64,000 bases of DNA, from positions 124,001-188,000 of the forward strand of contig NIVC01000788.1 of NCBI GenBank assembly GCA_002269645.1, in the 5' to 3' direction. Under the pieces are notes generated by a model. That model saw nothing but the letters and a program-made list of their open reading frames with translations. It made no database searches and was not told where the DNA came from. The translations under genes were made by a program, and so were the position numbers. The stretch is from Macrostomum lignano (Eukaryota). Position 1 is the first letter of the stretch, and each line of letters begins with the position of its first letter. This document shows positions 1 through 13,300 of the stretch, in pieces.

Positions 1-370
1 GCCTTGGCCGTCATATCATTTGTTATCCAATGGAGCACGACTGGAAGAATGGATGAGGGTGTAGGAGAGAAAGGTATGGAAGACAATTGAAGGTGTGGGT
101 AAGGGCAAGATTAAGGTAGAGAGAAGAGGGCGAATATTTAGGAAGAAAGGGGCATAGAAAGATTGAGAGCACATGTATTTGGGAGAGGAAGGGAGAGAAG
201 GAATAGTAGGATGGAAGAGGGGAGAGGGTCAGGGAGAAAGAATAAGAGAGAGGACAGTTAAATAGAGTAAAATAAAATGGGAGAGGAGCAGAGGTTATTG
301 GAGGTGGGAGATAGATAGAGGGTGTAATTGAGAGGAAGGAAGATGAAGATAAAGACAATAGAGGTGTGAA
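1..370. repeat. GA-rich low-complexity tract
   Basis: Purine-rich ggagag/gagaag runs; the overlapping ORF is compositional noise. Confidence 0.6.
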
Positions 371-1019
371 TTTAGAAAGATGAAAATTTTAGCTAATTTC
401 AAAATCAACAGATAGGAGTTGCACTGTATTAGGAATTTAGCCCAATGGAATTGGGAATGATTAGAATATTGAATAGATAGTAACACACCAAAGGTAGGGT
501 GACGCTCATCTGTTTGCACTAAACTTACGCTAACAATATTACCCTGAACATTTATCACTAAGAATTCATGCTCAATGGTGGTTACTTTTCTGCAGTATTC
601 TGACGCATTAACTTTTAGGCTTAAACATATTGGGGTTGTGCTATGAGTATCCGAATGTGTATGTACCATGCAGAAGTAACTGTATTTTAATATTCTAAAA
701 AAAGGGACTTTAGTTAAATATTTGGACCCGAAATAAGTGAAAATGAATATGCATATTTTTAAATCCATCGGAACACTACACAGTTGTTTGATAACTCATG
801 AAATGCATGAGGATACGAAAATGCAAATATACAAGCATAATGCACTCCAAACAAACAAGAACTCACAATCGTTCTTCTCCAAACAACTAAGGTGCAAAAA
901 TGGAGCCAAGCTACTTTTATGACATCGCTTTGGCAGGCCGACAGTTGTCAAGTCTGCTCCCTTTGGTCAACCTCTTTGCCGCACAACTGGAAGCAAGATA
1001 ACACTTGGATGGCTACCTA

Positions 1020-1420
1020 ACAAAGAGGCAGCTGATGGCACCAATGATGTAGAGCCCAATGAGATAGTGGCCGATGGCACCAACAATGGAGGGCCTGATG
1101 AGGCAGCAGCCGATGGCACTGACGATGGAGGGCCCGATGAGGCAGCGGCTAATGACACTGACAATGGAGGGCCCGATGAGACAGCGGCCGATGGCACCAA
1201 TGATGTAGGACCCGATGAGGCAGCAGCTAATAGCACCAACAATGGAGGAGCCAATGAGGCAGCAGCTGATGGCACCAACGATGGAGGGCCTGAGGAGGCA
1301 GCGGCCAATGGCAGCGATAATGGAGGGCCCAATGAGGCAGCAGCCAATGACACTGACAATGGTGGGCCCAATATCGATGAGGCGGCGGCTGAGGGTGCTA
1401 CCATTGGAGGGCCTGAGACA
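1020..1420. repeat. 39-bp degenerate tandem repeat inside the MULE C-terminal region
   Basis: About 9 units of gatggcaccaacgatggagggcccgatgaggcagcagct-like sequence; reads AAASSGPPSLVPS on the minus strand. Confidence 0.85.
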
Positions 1421-3429
1421 GAGGCTGATAGAAGTGATGACAGGCAGCCTGATGAAGCAGCAGCTGCAGGCCCCACGAGTGGGGGACTTGATGAAGATGT
1501 GATGACTAGGTGGAAGTAATTCAGTTCCAACAGTATGCTATCGAAGCTATTGATAGATGGGTGAAAATCACCAGAGTTGGCCTTAAAATGTTGCTCAGAA
1601 CCAGATGTGGTGCTATGTGCTGCAGGAATTATTGTCAGGGCAGCATGCTTGTCATCCTCCTATGTGTGCAGAAGTTGCCTAAGTAGGTTCATTCTTTGTT
1701 CAAAGTCATGCATTCCAGAATTTGCAGTTGCAGCAGCCAGCTTCTGAGTCACTACTTGTGCCTTCCTAAACTTTTCTCTACCATCAAGCATACCACGGGT
1801 TGCAGTATTTTCTGACGATACCACACTGGCTTGAAGTGAGTGGTTTGGGGTTGCCAGAAAAGCACGGTGACACAATGTATAAAAACTTCTTGTCTAGCGT
1901 CTGGCACACAGATTCGTGTCGAATGTTGGTAGGCTGGAGTTCACTCGAAAAGTCAGGATATGCTGACATGGAAGCTTCATAGACGTAAAGAATGGACAGG
2001 AGCACTCTTTGGCGGTGGCATCAGAGACACTGGCGCCTGCAGTACTCCAATCTAGCTAGTACTTAAGGTAGCGAAAAGCAAATGGTGTCAGAAGCCTTGA
2101 GTACTGCTCCTCAATGCTGCCTGGCACAAATGGGTTTGACAGGCACTTTTGAATCAGTTGTATGGCTCAACGGTCCTGTTCCAAACAAAGGGATCTTATT
2201 GCTATTCTTAGTGACGCCAGGCATGTTGCAAGGGTCAAATTCTTCTACAGCATAGACCTCTTTTTCTGATTAATTGACTCAAGTCTGTTATTCGTTTAAT
2301 TTCCAAGTGACATCTCCTTCCTCATCAGATTTCGCACCCATTGGTGGTGGATGTTGTGCCAATTGTCTATGAAATATTGCACTACCAACTGAGGCACAGT
2401 GGAAACAAAAGTGGCATAAAGTTCTCCATAGCTAGACTCGGATTCAGTGTACACCATCTCAAGAATTCAAAGCCACTCTTCGGAACTAATGGCAAACCTC
2501 TGAGTTGTGATCTCACAACAAAAGTTTTGTAGTGTGTGATAGCTGCAGATCTGAATTTTAGCTTTAGGAAAGGCAGCTCCAAACACATCTCTCTCAACAA
2601 AATCTTTATCAGCCATTATGACCTTTACATCTGTCCACAATGGGTTGTCCTATTTGATTTTGTCTATAACTTCGATGGCCTGTTTTGTCTCAGCTTCCAA
2701 AAGCCACGCAGCAGCTATTTCTGTCTCGCCATTTCTGTCCTCGACAGCAAGAATGTAAAGTGCAAAGCCAAGGTTGTTTATTCCATGTTGCATCCACAAA
2801 TAGTATTTCAGGAAAGCACTGCATGACATTCTTCATTTCTGCATCCTGAAACAATATGCCTGACAATATGTCATCTTCACCTATGAAGACGTGCACTGAT
2901 GTCCTTTCCTCTGAGGACATGTCTGTGAGAATCTTGTTTATGTCACCATGAGAGTCAGTAGCCTTTTTTGAGAGCCTGTGTAGGTCTTTCAGAAGGATCT
3001 TCTTGCCTGTCTCTGCTTCAATGCTTCAATCTTCAAAGCTTCAATGCTCGAATTGCAGCCTGCTCTTATGTATCACTGAGCCGTCTCTCCTAGGCCAAAT
3101 GCTTGAAGACCATCTTTAATTTGGGGAAAATGAAAGGAAAGAAATTAAATGCAGCAATTGCAAACCACTGCATTGCTACAAATGAAGTGATGCTAGTCAG
3201 CTGCTTGGCCAATGGACATATAATTGAGGTGTTGTAGGGCTCAGTAGGTTTGAATGAGTAGTAGTGTTAGTAGTAGTCTTAGCAGTGTTTATTAAGTGTT
3301 TTCCCCAGATTTGGCAAAGTTAGTAAAAGTTAATGAAAATTTAAAAAGAAGTCAATAAAATGATTAAAAAATAATATGTAATGATTCAACATCAAAATTA
3401 TACCATTTTCACTCTAGTCTCAAGAAAAC

Positions 3430-4525
3430 TTCAATCAATTTGGAGCCATCTCCTGATGCTGGATTCGAGTCGAATCTTGGCTCTAACAATAGACAAAAAA
3501 ATTCCAGCAAGTAATTTGGAAACAAAACTTCAATCAAGTTGGTTCCAATGGAGGAATCTAGCATGCTAACGAGTGCATCAATGGCTGAAACATGAGTGCA
3601 CGTAGTGCACGAGGGTTTTTGCCATAGACGCACAAGTCAAAGTGCTAGATTCCCATTCTTATTTGATTCAACATGTGTGGCTAAAGTAGACAAGGGTGGA
3701 GCTGGTTGTGTGGAGTTAGACTTGAACCATAGACAAAATATGTGCAAGCTAGTCTGAACATTCTTGCACAATTGAAAGATTATGCTTGTAGTCTATGGCT
3801 GTTATGCTAAATATAGAAACATTGCGCATTACATTCTTGTACGATTGACATTCCTGCACAGAGTGCACGTGCAAATTCAAAGTGCTTTTACCATAGACAC
3901 TTGCATTTCTGCACGCATATGGCAACTTCCAAAGCATTTTTGCACGCTGGATCAAATAAGAATGTTCTAGGCTTGTTGTTTTGCTTTTGATTCTCCCCTC
4001 TTCCTTCCACCATTTCATTCCCCCTCTGTACCTCTCTCTACCCCTCGACTCTGTTCCCATCTTCTATCATGTTTTTTCCTTCAGTATCTCCTTTTACCAG
4101 TTGCTTGAGGTTTTGCCATAGACAGCAATAAGTGTACAGAGGAGGAAAGCCTTAAAGTCCTCTGATCTCCAAACTTCCCCAGCCAAGAATTTCCACAGTT
4201 TGTGTAAGATGTTGATTCATCTCCCATGGCAAACCAAGGACTGTACTCTGTGGTACCAATAAAATTGTGACAGACATTGACCTTTGTCTTGAAAATAAAC
4301 AATTTCCTGTTTCTACTATCTGTTTATTTGAATGTTCGATTTTTTATTTGCTTGTCACATTTAAAGCACAATTTAATACATACCTGACTTATCTGACTAG
4401 TGGTTGTTACAAATCAACTTGATTGAAGTTTTTTTCTAAATTGTTTGTGGGATTTTTTGTCTATGGTTAGAGCCAAGATTTGACTCAAATCTTAGCATTG
4501 GGAGATGGAACCAAATTGATTTCCC
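3430..4525. mobile_element. ~1.1-kb fold-back/MITE-like element with ~110-bp imperfect terminal inverted repeats
   Basis: 3430-3545 (caatttggagccatctcc...aatcttggctctaac...cttcaatcaagtt) is the reverse complement of 4412-4525; internal recurrent ccatagac motif. Confidence 0.65.
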
Positions 4526-7500
4526 CAACTAGAGGGGAAATGTATTGTTAGAATTTAGTAAGGTTACTTCCCTGAATTAAGAGATGGGAATGCCATTTGA
4601 CATGCATTCCTTTATGGAAGCCCAACATCATTATTAATAAAGTCTGATGGGTTTTGTTAGAATGATTGAATAAGAGACATACACTGCATCTTTACAGGTG
4701 GGATATATGTTTCTAAGCTAGAATGCTTAAAGTAGAAAATTGTTACTTCTTGGTTGAAGCCATTTCAGCTAAAACCACAAGTCAGAGCAAACCCACAACT
4801 GTCTAGCTTAAGGTATGCCCTATTACTCAACTTAGTATACTTATTTAGCCAAATAAAATTATTGAAAATTAATAAAGTACCTGCAAAGTATATGAAATTC
4901 ACAACTATGTCACTACCAAAGATTTCAGTAATAATACTAAATACTCTAAAATATTTAACTAGCAACAATCAGATTGTGCTTTATAATTTTTTTTTATTGC
5001 TATGTACCAAGTTTAAAGAAAATATAGTTTTTGCAATCTCTATTACATATTAAGTTACTTCCCTTCCAACTTCAATTTTCATTGTAGCATACTTGTATCA
5101 TGTTGCACTTACATATACAAATTGCCTTCATACATATTTTAAAGGCCTCCAATACATTTTTATCAGGGTTATATGATTAGTAGTTAGATTAGTCATAATA
5201 GACAATCAAATCAATAGCCTACACTAGACCCAGTCATGTCATCTGGCCATTATGAGATACATACTACTAAGATCAATTTGACCCTTCCTCTATTGCTCAG
5301 TGAGTTGTTGAATATATGGATAAATCATGCAGCCTTCCAACAGTGAGCCTTTCATTTCAGATTGAGTGAGAACACTCCATAAGGGCATGAGGCATAGGAA
5401 ACTCCCAGTCTAGTGCCAGCATTTACATATATGAGCATATAAAGCCATTCCTATATTTACTATGGTTTGTTTTGCAGTAAGAGCCATAGACCTCCCATCA
5501 ACCTATGCCATTATATAGCCCTCTATCTAAGCAAGCAAGACAAAAAAATATGCATAAAAAACTATACAAATCAGAATACAAACTCACTTCATTGACATCA
5601 TGGCAGTGATCCAGACTAAGGCTCTTAATTTCAAGGAATTTTCCACAGTCAGTGACTAGCACAGATATGTGCTTTGCATCCTTGTCGCAATGTTCTACAA
5701 GATAAGTTTTGGAGAAAATGGATATGTACTCATATGTCAACTTGTAAAATATAAATCCCACTTAGCTGGCCACCAGGGAGGTGGGGGTGGAGAAAGGATT
5801 TTCTTCAAATGGGTTGATTTGAAATTTGCTGACACCAGTGTAGTGGGGCAGATTCCACGTTTGAATTGCTGCCAATGTTGAGTTCGCACGAGTAAAGCCG
5901 GAAAATTTGTGCAGACAAATCACAACATAATCTTTCTCCTTTTACTCTGACAGCCAGGTTCTCAAGTCTGGGGGGAGGGTAGTTGTAATCGTAGCAGAGC
6001 AGTCGTGTAACGGCGCGGTTGTTCAAAGCAATGAAACACTGGAGGTTTAGACACTGTAAATCTATGTGTCGATTTGCTGAGCTGGTTACTTTCAGTAGGG
6101 TAGAGCTGCCACTGCCGTAATTTACATATTACGGAATGGATAAGTCCCTGAGCTTTCTTTGAGCTAAGAAAACTTGGTTATTTTATGCCCCACAGGCAAA
6201 AGACTCAAGATAGGCTATGGCTTAATGTCAACAAATTTATGTATTATTAAATGGGTTGGATTCTTATTCTTTATTAGTTCTGGTTGAGCAGGATAATAAC
6301 TGAATTAATAGAGAATGACAAGGATGATTTTGGCATGCCGCGGTGCGACGACTAATTAAAATAAGCAATCAAACTATACGCAACTATTTAAAGTAAAGTA
6401 GAAGGAGTATTCAAAATAGAAAGGTAAACAGATAGGCAAACTAAGCTAAAAACTTTAAACCTAAACCAAGTAAGACAAAGTTAAAAAAAGGTTACACAAA
6501 TTCACACAACAATTTATTTATAAGTAAAGTAGGCAAAGTCTGCTGCTAGACCAGGATAAGGAAAAGCACATAACGCATCTGGTCCAGTAGCTGCAAAATG
6601 AGAAAAAAGCAAATAATTAAATGGAGGGACACAATTGAACAAGCAAAGGGAGCAAAATTCACGTGAAAGGAGACTAAAAGATCCCATAGCGGGAAGAGGC
6701 GCGTGATAAAATTATGAAACTTTTGTCCCAACGCGGGAGAGTAAAATTACAGGTTGGGAAACATGCACTTAATGTAAAAAGCAATAATTTCAAATGTTAA
6801 TAAATTGACAGTTAATAAATAAATATTACAATGGCTGCCACCTGCCACAAAACCAAGTTTAACTTTTCTAAGAAATTAAAAGTAAAACAAAAATAGTTAA
6901 AATGAACTAGTTCTATACAGTTTAGTAAAAAATTTCAGTTTTAACACAATATTAAAATTTTGCAAGCTTTTAAAATTGGTTCTAATTTGTAATTTTTTTT
7001 GCGTTTTTTGTATGCAATAAAAAGTTCATTGGCGTACATTGGCATGCATGAGCTACAGAAGCAATTTTTGTTCTGGCATACAGCAGTATATGATCCTGAC
7101 CATGTCTGTCAAATAGAATATTCATTTTCATATATTTTCAAAATTGTACCAAGTTTGCTTGAAAATATAAGGTCAAAAGGATTTGTTTTTTAGCAAATGA
7201 GCTAAAAATGCTTGCATATTAGGTGTAGGTAACTTCCTATAGTTCATTTCAAGTGAATATTTTCTTTAAAAATATGTATATCTGTATGTATGTATATATG
7301 TATGTATATATGTATAATTTATATATACATGTACAAACATTTTAAAATGGCTGTATCTTTTTGAATAGAAAGAATGGCCACCCTAGTTCTTTTTGCTACT
7401 TATTTCTAGTGACAAAATGAAACTTTAAGGCAAGGCAGGATGAATATAAATAACTCTTGCCACAGTATACATGCTTAACAAAAATTGTCAAAATACATGT

Positions 7501-8959
7501 AGTTCTCTATATAAGACAAAAAATCAAGAATTTTCAAAGCTTAAAAGAATTGCTAATCAGTTTCTTTTATAAAATCATAGCAAAATAGGCCACATACTTT
7601 GGCCTAATGGCATATCCTGATAGCCTTTGCCATATTGGAGTTATTAAGTATAATTGACATAGCTATATATACAAATGTATTACAAAGATAGGAAAAATGT
7701 ATATTAAGAGACTATACATTCCGTAAATCAGTTATATATGCATTGTTTTGAAAAGAAGATAGCTGGATATATGATATACTTTATACTTGCACATTTTACC
7801 AATCCTTATATAGTTGCTAGATCTGGTAAATTTAGAGCATGGTTGAATGAAAGTACATAGAAGAGGTTCAAAAAATGGATATAGTAAGAAGAGGTATACC
7901 TATTAATATCTATTGTGGGTCTTTTATCGATGGTATGATGTTTGTTGAGGTAAAATTTAATGAATATGTAATAAATTCATAGGTTATTTATGTTTTAGGT
8001 GGCTTCTATCTATTATTGGTATATATATTGAAGTGTCTGTTGGTCTCTCGGGGTTGTCTCGAGGTGGCCGGGTAGGTCTTTGAATCCCACCGCTGCCACC
8101 AGTGAAGTGCAGTTGTTGTTGTTGGTTTCTTATTTGTCTCAGGTGGCCTAGCCATAGGTCTTGGAATCCCACCGCTGCCACCAATGAAGTACTTGGTTCC
8201 AGCTACTTCCCTGTCAGTCACGTGAGCTGCCTACTTTGAGCTCTTGGTAGACACTCACAGGAAGCCTTCTAGCAATTCTTAGTAGCGTTGGTAGTGTTGC
8301 CACCAGCTCGCTCGGATCTTGTCCTTCGATGAGGGAGACTCTGGGCTGAGCAAAATAAACAAGACACGAGAACTCAGCACGCCGTGCAGATTTGACAGTT
8401 CGTACCAGTGCACACCTCGTCAGCGGTCCTGCCGGGCTCAAGTGCGGGGATGAGGAACTGTGCTAGTTTCTGTTGTTAGTTCGGTTGGGATTTAGCGCAC
8501 TCGAGGACACAGAGTCGCAGATGGATCAGAAATCAGATAGGTTGGCTAAGGCCTAGCGCAAGCTGCGCTGGACTTCCAAGAGAGCAGTTATTAGAAGGGT
8601 TAATGCACAGGTAAACGAGAGGTTTCGCAGAGGGTTGCCAAACAGAGGCACGAGAGGCCCGTACTTATAGGGTAGCGGATCGATTTCACCATACCGTGCA
8701 ACACCCCATTGCGCCAGAGTGCGCAAGGCCGCTCTCACTGCCCCCAATCTGGCGTGATTCAGTTCTATTTTTAGAAACAGGCGCGGAACCCTCAATTTGA
8801 GAGGCAAGGACGCCATTCCTAATTTAGAGCCTGACACCCGAGATTGCACAAGGCAGCGCAAGAAAAGGACAGAGCGCCGGGGCACGTGATCCGCTTCCGT
8901 ACGGCCAGACAGAGAGTACAGCCAGAACTGGCTGGACTCGAGCCAAGAGAACGCAGCCA

Positions 8960-9240
8960 CACAAAAAGGGGGGGGGGGAAGGAGACAGACAAAGAATGAA
9001 ACAAGGACAGGCTGAGCGGAGAAGCTCAGACGCTGGGAACGCAAACGAACCGGAAAAAGGGGGAACAAAAGGGAGCGCAGGCAGACAAAGGAAAACGAGG
9101 GAGGGAGAGGGAGAGAGAGGAGCGGGAGAGGGAGAGAGAGAGAGAGAGAGAGGGAGGGAGAGCTGCGGCCAGCGGCAGCCAACAGCTCAGGAGGGCGCAG
9201 GGCACAACTGACAAAGGGGGCACCTAACACTAAACTAGTG
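8960..9240. repeat. GC-rich dispersed module, copy 1 (most diverged)
   Basis: Shares gcagccaac..agc and gggcgcagggcacaactg motifs with 15470-15845. Confidence 0.35.
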
Positions 9241-9589
9241 CTCACTTCAATATAATATATACTTCCATACATAAAAAATGAAGGTAAAAAATGGCTTCTG
9301 CTAAAAGGCTGCTGGAAAACAGACCCTAGCAAAGCTATCTTAGCAAGCAATCTCTGGTATTGTTCTAATTTACTTTACAAACTATATAACTTATTATTAA
9401 TGAAGGAAGTTATAGTACAACTGTTGTGTTATTAGCACTGTTACTAGTAAGGTAGCCTACATATACATTATTGTTGGAACAATACATCTTAGACTTAAAG
9501 TAGTTAAATTCAGTGTCAGATTTAGGGTCATGATGCAAAGGGTACACCTTCCCAGCGATTTTGCTTTCCTCACTTTCTCTGGGTAGTAC

Positions 9590-12500
9590 ATTATAATATA
9601 CATGGAAGTCATTGTCTAAGTAGTCATTGTAAAGGTTGTAGGTAAAAACCTCATTTGGGCCAGTCTCATTGAAGGTGACCTCGAAGTTCAATGAGAGGAC
9701 ATCATGGCTGGCACATGGCAGTCGACGTTGAATGTAGCTCTCCTCCCATTGCTCAGAACCATCGGCATAGCCGTTCGAATCACATTTCAATGCGTCAACA
9801 CTCGAGGACTGGTAAATTCTGGAGCAATGGTACCTGCCTGGGTTGGGCCTCAGTTTGGCATTTGACTTGCGCTCGGAATCGGAGGTCGAGTCGTGACGCC
9901 GCTTTGTACTTGCATGGGTACCTGCACGTCCGCGACCACATGCACGCCCACGCGCATGCTCACGTCCCCGCCCAGCTCCTCGTCCTACTACATGTCCACC
10001 TTCGCTGGTGCCCTGAGCCTGAGCTCCATCGTCTGTGCTGCCTCTACCTCGGCCACGACCACGCCTCGTCCCACGCCCACGCAATCCGGCAGCTACAGAT
10101 GCTGCTACAGACGAGGCTGTTTGCGCAGGCTCCAGCTTCTTTGCGATGGCTGCCTTAACACGGTCAGCACGCTCGTTTGCAGATCGCACCGATACAGCCT
10201 GCGCGTCATCCTCCTTGGCTGTGGCAGCTACCTTTTCCTCTGCAGGTGGACCAGGAATGCTTGCAGGTTGTCGGTGAGGAGCTGCACTGAACTTTTGCGC
10301 GCCAGAATCTGTGAGGTTCAGGCAGCCTGCCATGTCCTTGGGTATCGTTGGCTCTGTTTGTGGAAGGTGTTAGTAGGGAATGCGCATTCAGTGATGACAA
10401 TTAATCCTAAGAGTGGGATATGCATGGGCACAGACAGTAATAAATATATACTCATCTCTTTGTGCAGTCGCAGTTGGGAGAGCAAGGCTGGCTCATGCAG
10501 CCGGTCAGGCAGGTCCTGAAGCCTGCTGTGCATCTCGGCCACCGTGAGCCACAGGCCACCGTAGTCCTGCACCGCGTTGATCAGGTCGCGGAGGGAACTC
10601 TCCCTAGCAATCTTTCTGCGTTGATCCTGAGCGATTCGAGCCTGCTGCTGGTGCTGCTGTGCAGCTCGAACAGCCCTGACATCCGCCTTGGCCTGCATCT
10701 CCACCTTCTTCGCGATGTGCCGTGCTCGCAACAGCATTGCGTCCTGCTCTTCCAGTGACTTGGCAAAGCCACTCGCTCGTTCCATTCTGGTTATAGAGCA
10801 CGAACGTCTCGCGAGTCAGGGGCCGCATGTTGGCTTCGACCTTACAGTGCTGTCCAGTACTGCGAAGGACACCTTTCATGCGCATTGTCCTTGGAAGCAG
10901 CGGCAGCCAAACGAGAATTGTCATCTGGCAGATTGCGAAGTGCACCATCCGGCCGGTGATCAACCACCTCAGGGGGAGGAGGACCAACATGTGAGCCGCA
11001 GAAACCTGTACAAATGGTGGAGAGGATGGGTAGTAGTAGGTCAAAGTTTTCTCTTTCATTCAGTGGCACCCAGTTGGTTGTAATGTTCTTGTGGTTGCCT
11101 CACCTGCAGAGCCTGGGCAAGGTCATTGTCCAGCTCCTAGGTGTCGGAGGTGAGGGTTGCCCACATGACTTTGGCATCCTGTGGCTCCAGTACGGCATTG
11201 TCCACTGAGGGAATGGCCCACTGAGGTCCTCTGGGAAGCGGATAGTCTCCATGGAGACCACCTCCTTGAGCCACTCACACAATTGCTCATAGCGGCTGTT
11301 CATATCTATGAGGCTGACTTTTGACCTCGGGCTCCAGAGAAGCAACCACAGGGGCCGGATGACCAGGAAGTCGAGGACACCCAACGCGCGACAGCAAGTA
11401 AGGAGGACGTTGGACGCCAAGTTCTGCACGGCTACTAGGAGTCGATTGCTGCACGGATGCTGTTAAGCAACTCTCGCTGGGCAAACACGTGGCCGCCGTT
11501 GGGAAAGATGACGTACGCACGGTTGCCTTTGAAGTCCTCTATCTCGAAGGTCTTTGCGCCGCGCGACTGCAAATAAAACCTCAAAAGGAACGGCGACGCC
11601 ACTGCTCGTTCCCCAGGCGATGGAAGGCCTTGCTGACCGTTCTGATTAGCCGCTGACTGCCTGTTTAAAAGGAATAAAGGTGAAGTATTGCGCAAACTTT
11701 TGCTACAAATTGCCTTTTGCTACAAATTACCTGACTCTGTCTTGGCGATTTTATACCCCGGGACAGCTGCTGCACCAAGCGGCGCGGCGGATACGCAGCG
11801 TTCCCAGTCGCCCAGGCCTTTCTCCACCGCAGCAGCCAGGTTAACGATGACGTGCATGCCACAGAACAGTGCGGTCACCTCCAGATGAGCCAGACCGTCC
11901 TGGGACGTCAACGTCTCGCGCATCTCTTTAAACAGCTGCAACAGGCATTTGTTCACGACGTGGCGGTCCGTCATTAGGAAGTTCGCCCGCACGAAAACGC
12001 TGCGCTTCATTTCCCGCCGAGCCTGTTCATCGTCTCGCACCGGCTTGACGATGTCGCAAAATGCATCCTATGCATCCAAGTGTCCGTCTCGCGGGCGTAC
12101 ATCAGCGCCGTGCCGCCCTCGACCTGTCGGAGCGTAAGTACGACCTGGCCGTCACCAGTGTCGGCCTGTGTGTGTGTAAAAGGAAAACGGTTTGTACGTA
12201 CTATTTTTTGTGTTCAGTGTGTTCTGGAACATGTACTGTATAATTATAAAGTTGAATCTAGACGCGGGGTGCGGAGCGGGGGAATGCTGGCTGGGGCCAG
12301 GCTTGAGCACAATATATACCACTTGAACAGGGTAGAGGGGCAGACATCGTGAGAGAGAGACGCAAACAAAAGAAACGACCTCTCAGCCAATCAGCGTGCC
12401 CGCCGAGCAGATCTGACTGAGGGGGGGGTAGAGCGAAAAGCACTAACTCACAGGCCCAGCTAATCAGAGGCCGCCGAGGATAGTAGAGAGAAAAAAAAAC

Positions 12501-13300
12501 ACAAGCCCAGTAAATCAATAGCCGCCGCGGGGGAAGACTCAAGCCGGGCCGGGCGACCCCCAACCAGCCAGGACTGGTCCGGGGATGGCCGCCTAGGGCG
12601 CACGCAAGAAAGAACTCAAACGACCAAGTGCAAGAGCACTCAACAGGCCAGACACCACACAACTTACGCGACTGTTCGAAGTAGCCAGCATTTCGTGCGG
12701 CTCGCGCAGTTCGGCATGCACCGAGGCATTTCTGCGCTCAGCAGCAGCTTCCCCTCGAGCAGCCTGGCGGCGTTTCTTGGCCAGCTTGGCCTCACGCATC
12801 TCCACCAGTTGCCGGCTTTTGCTGTTCATTTGCTGCCGAACTACGTGCAGTCGATCTTGCAGGCGCCGGACACGCTGCAACCACACCTTCCGCTGTGGAC
12901 GCTTGGCCAGCTCATTGTGCGGCTTTCTTACAGTCGCCTCGGACCGTTCCAGCTGGGCCCGAAGATCGTGTACAGCTTCTCGAAGGCCTGCATCGGCGCA
13001 TCGCTCCTCTTCAGGGGACCGGGCAGCAGCAGTACGAGTGGCTGAGGAAGTTCGGGTTGGCGTGTTAGTAGACGGCTGTGGCACATACGCAGCAGGTACT
13101 GGTACCACTGCAGGAAAGACGAACTCTTGTCCATGTAGATGCCCAGGCACTCTGCTTGCCAGCAGCTTCCTCGCGCACCTTCGACCTCTCCAGATATCGC
13201 GCCTTTGCCTTCACTTTTGTTGCTGCTCGGAACAAGTTATTCAGCACATCTGCTTCAGTGTCAGCAGGCAGACTAACAGTCTGCCAAGGCTTTCCGCACG
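9590..13300 (-). mobile_element. Decayed hAT-fold DDE transposase gene (family unassigned), with introns, frameshifts and an insertion
   Basis: Coiled-coil N-terminal part (12660-13300); LRQVEGGTA; FLMTDRH (~11960-11980); FCGMHVIVNLA (CxxH, ~11840-11866); FKGNRAYVIF (~11500-11535); CRALGVLDFLVIRPLW; DNAHER/FAVLD..R.KPN (~10830-10890); YGGLW..ALLSQLR; RG-rich linker; terminal domain ending NLYNDYLDNDFHV. Confidence 0.7.
12250..12662. repeat. GC-rich dispersed module, copy 2, inserted into the hAT-fold transposase
   Basis: Interrupts the transposase reading; shares cagccaatca..cccgcc, aagccgg.ccgg.cg..ccaaccagcc and aagtgcaa motifs in the same order as 15470-15845. Confidence 0.5.

Larger units (their letters stand above)
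900..5761 (-). mobile_element. Decayed Mutator-like (MULE) transposase of the ZSWIM1/3 type, intron-containing, with stops and frameshifts
   Basis: Manual minus-strand translation gives: N-terminal ...CGKFLEIKSLSLDHCH (~5590-5660); FPEILFVDAT, KVIMADKDF and QICSYHTL (DDE core with CxxH, ~2510-2830); YFIDNWHNIHHQWV..LGN*TNNRLESINQK (~2260-2380); SWIM finger ECSCPFFTSMKLPCQH (~1955-2010); EKFRKAQ..; C-terminal RG*PKGADLTTVGLPK (~915-975). Confidence 0.85.

Noticed and set aside
1067-1519. Plus-strand ADGTNDGGPDEAAA ORF as a surface-protein gene
   Set aside because: No ATG start, and it is the antisense reading of the repeat embedded in the minus-strand MULE coding region
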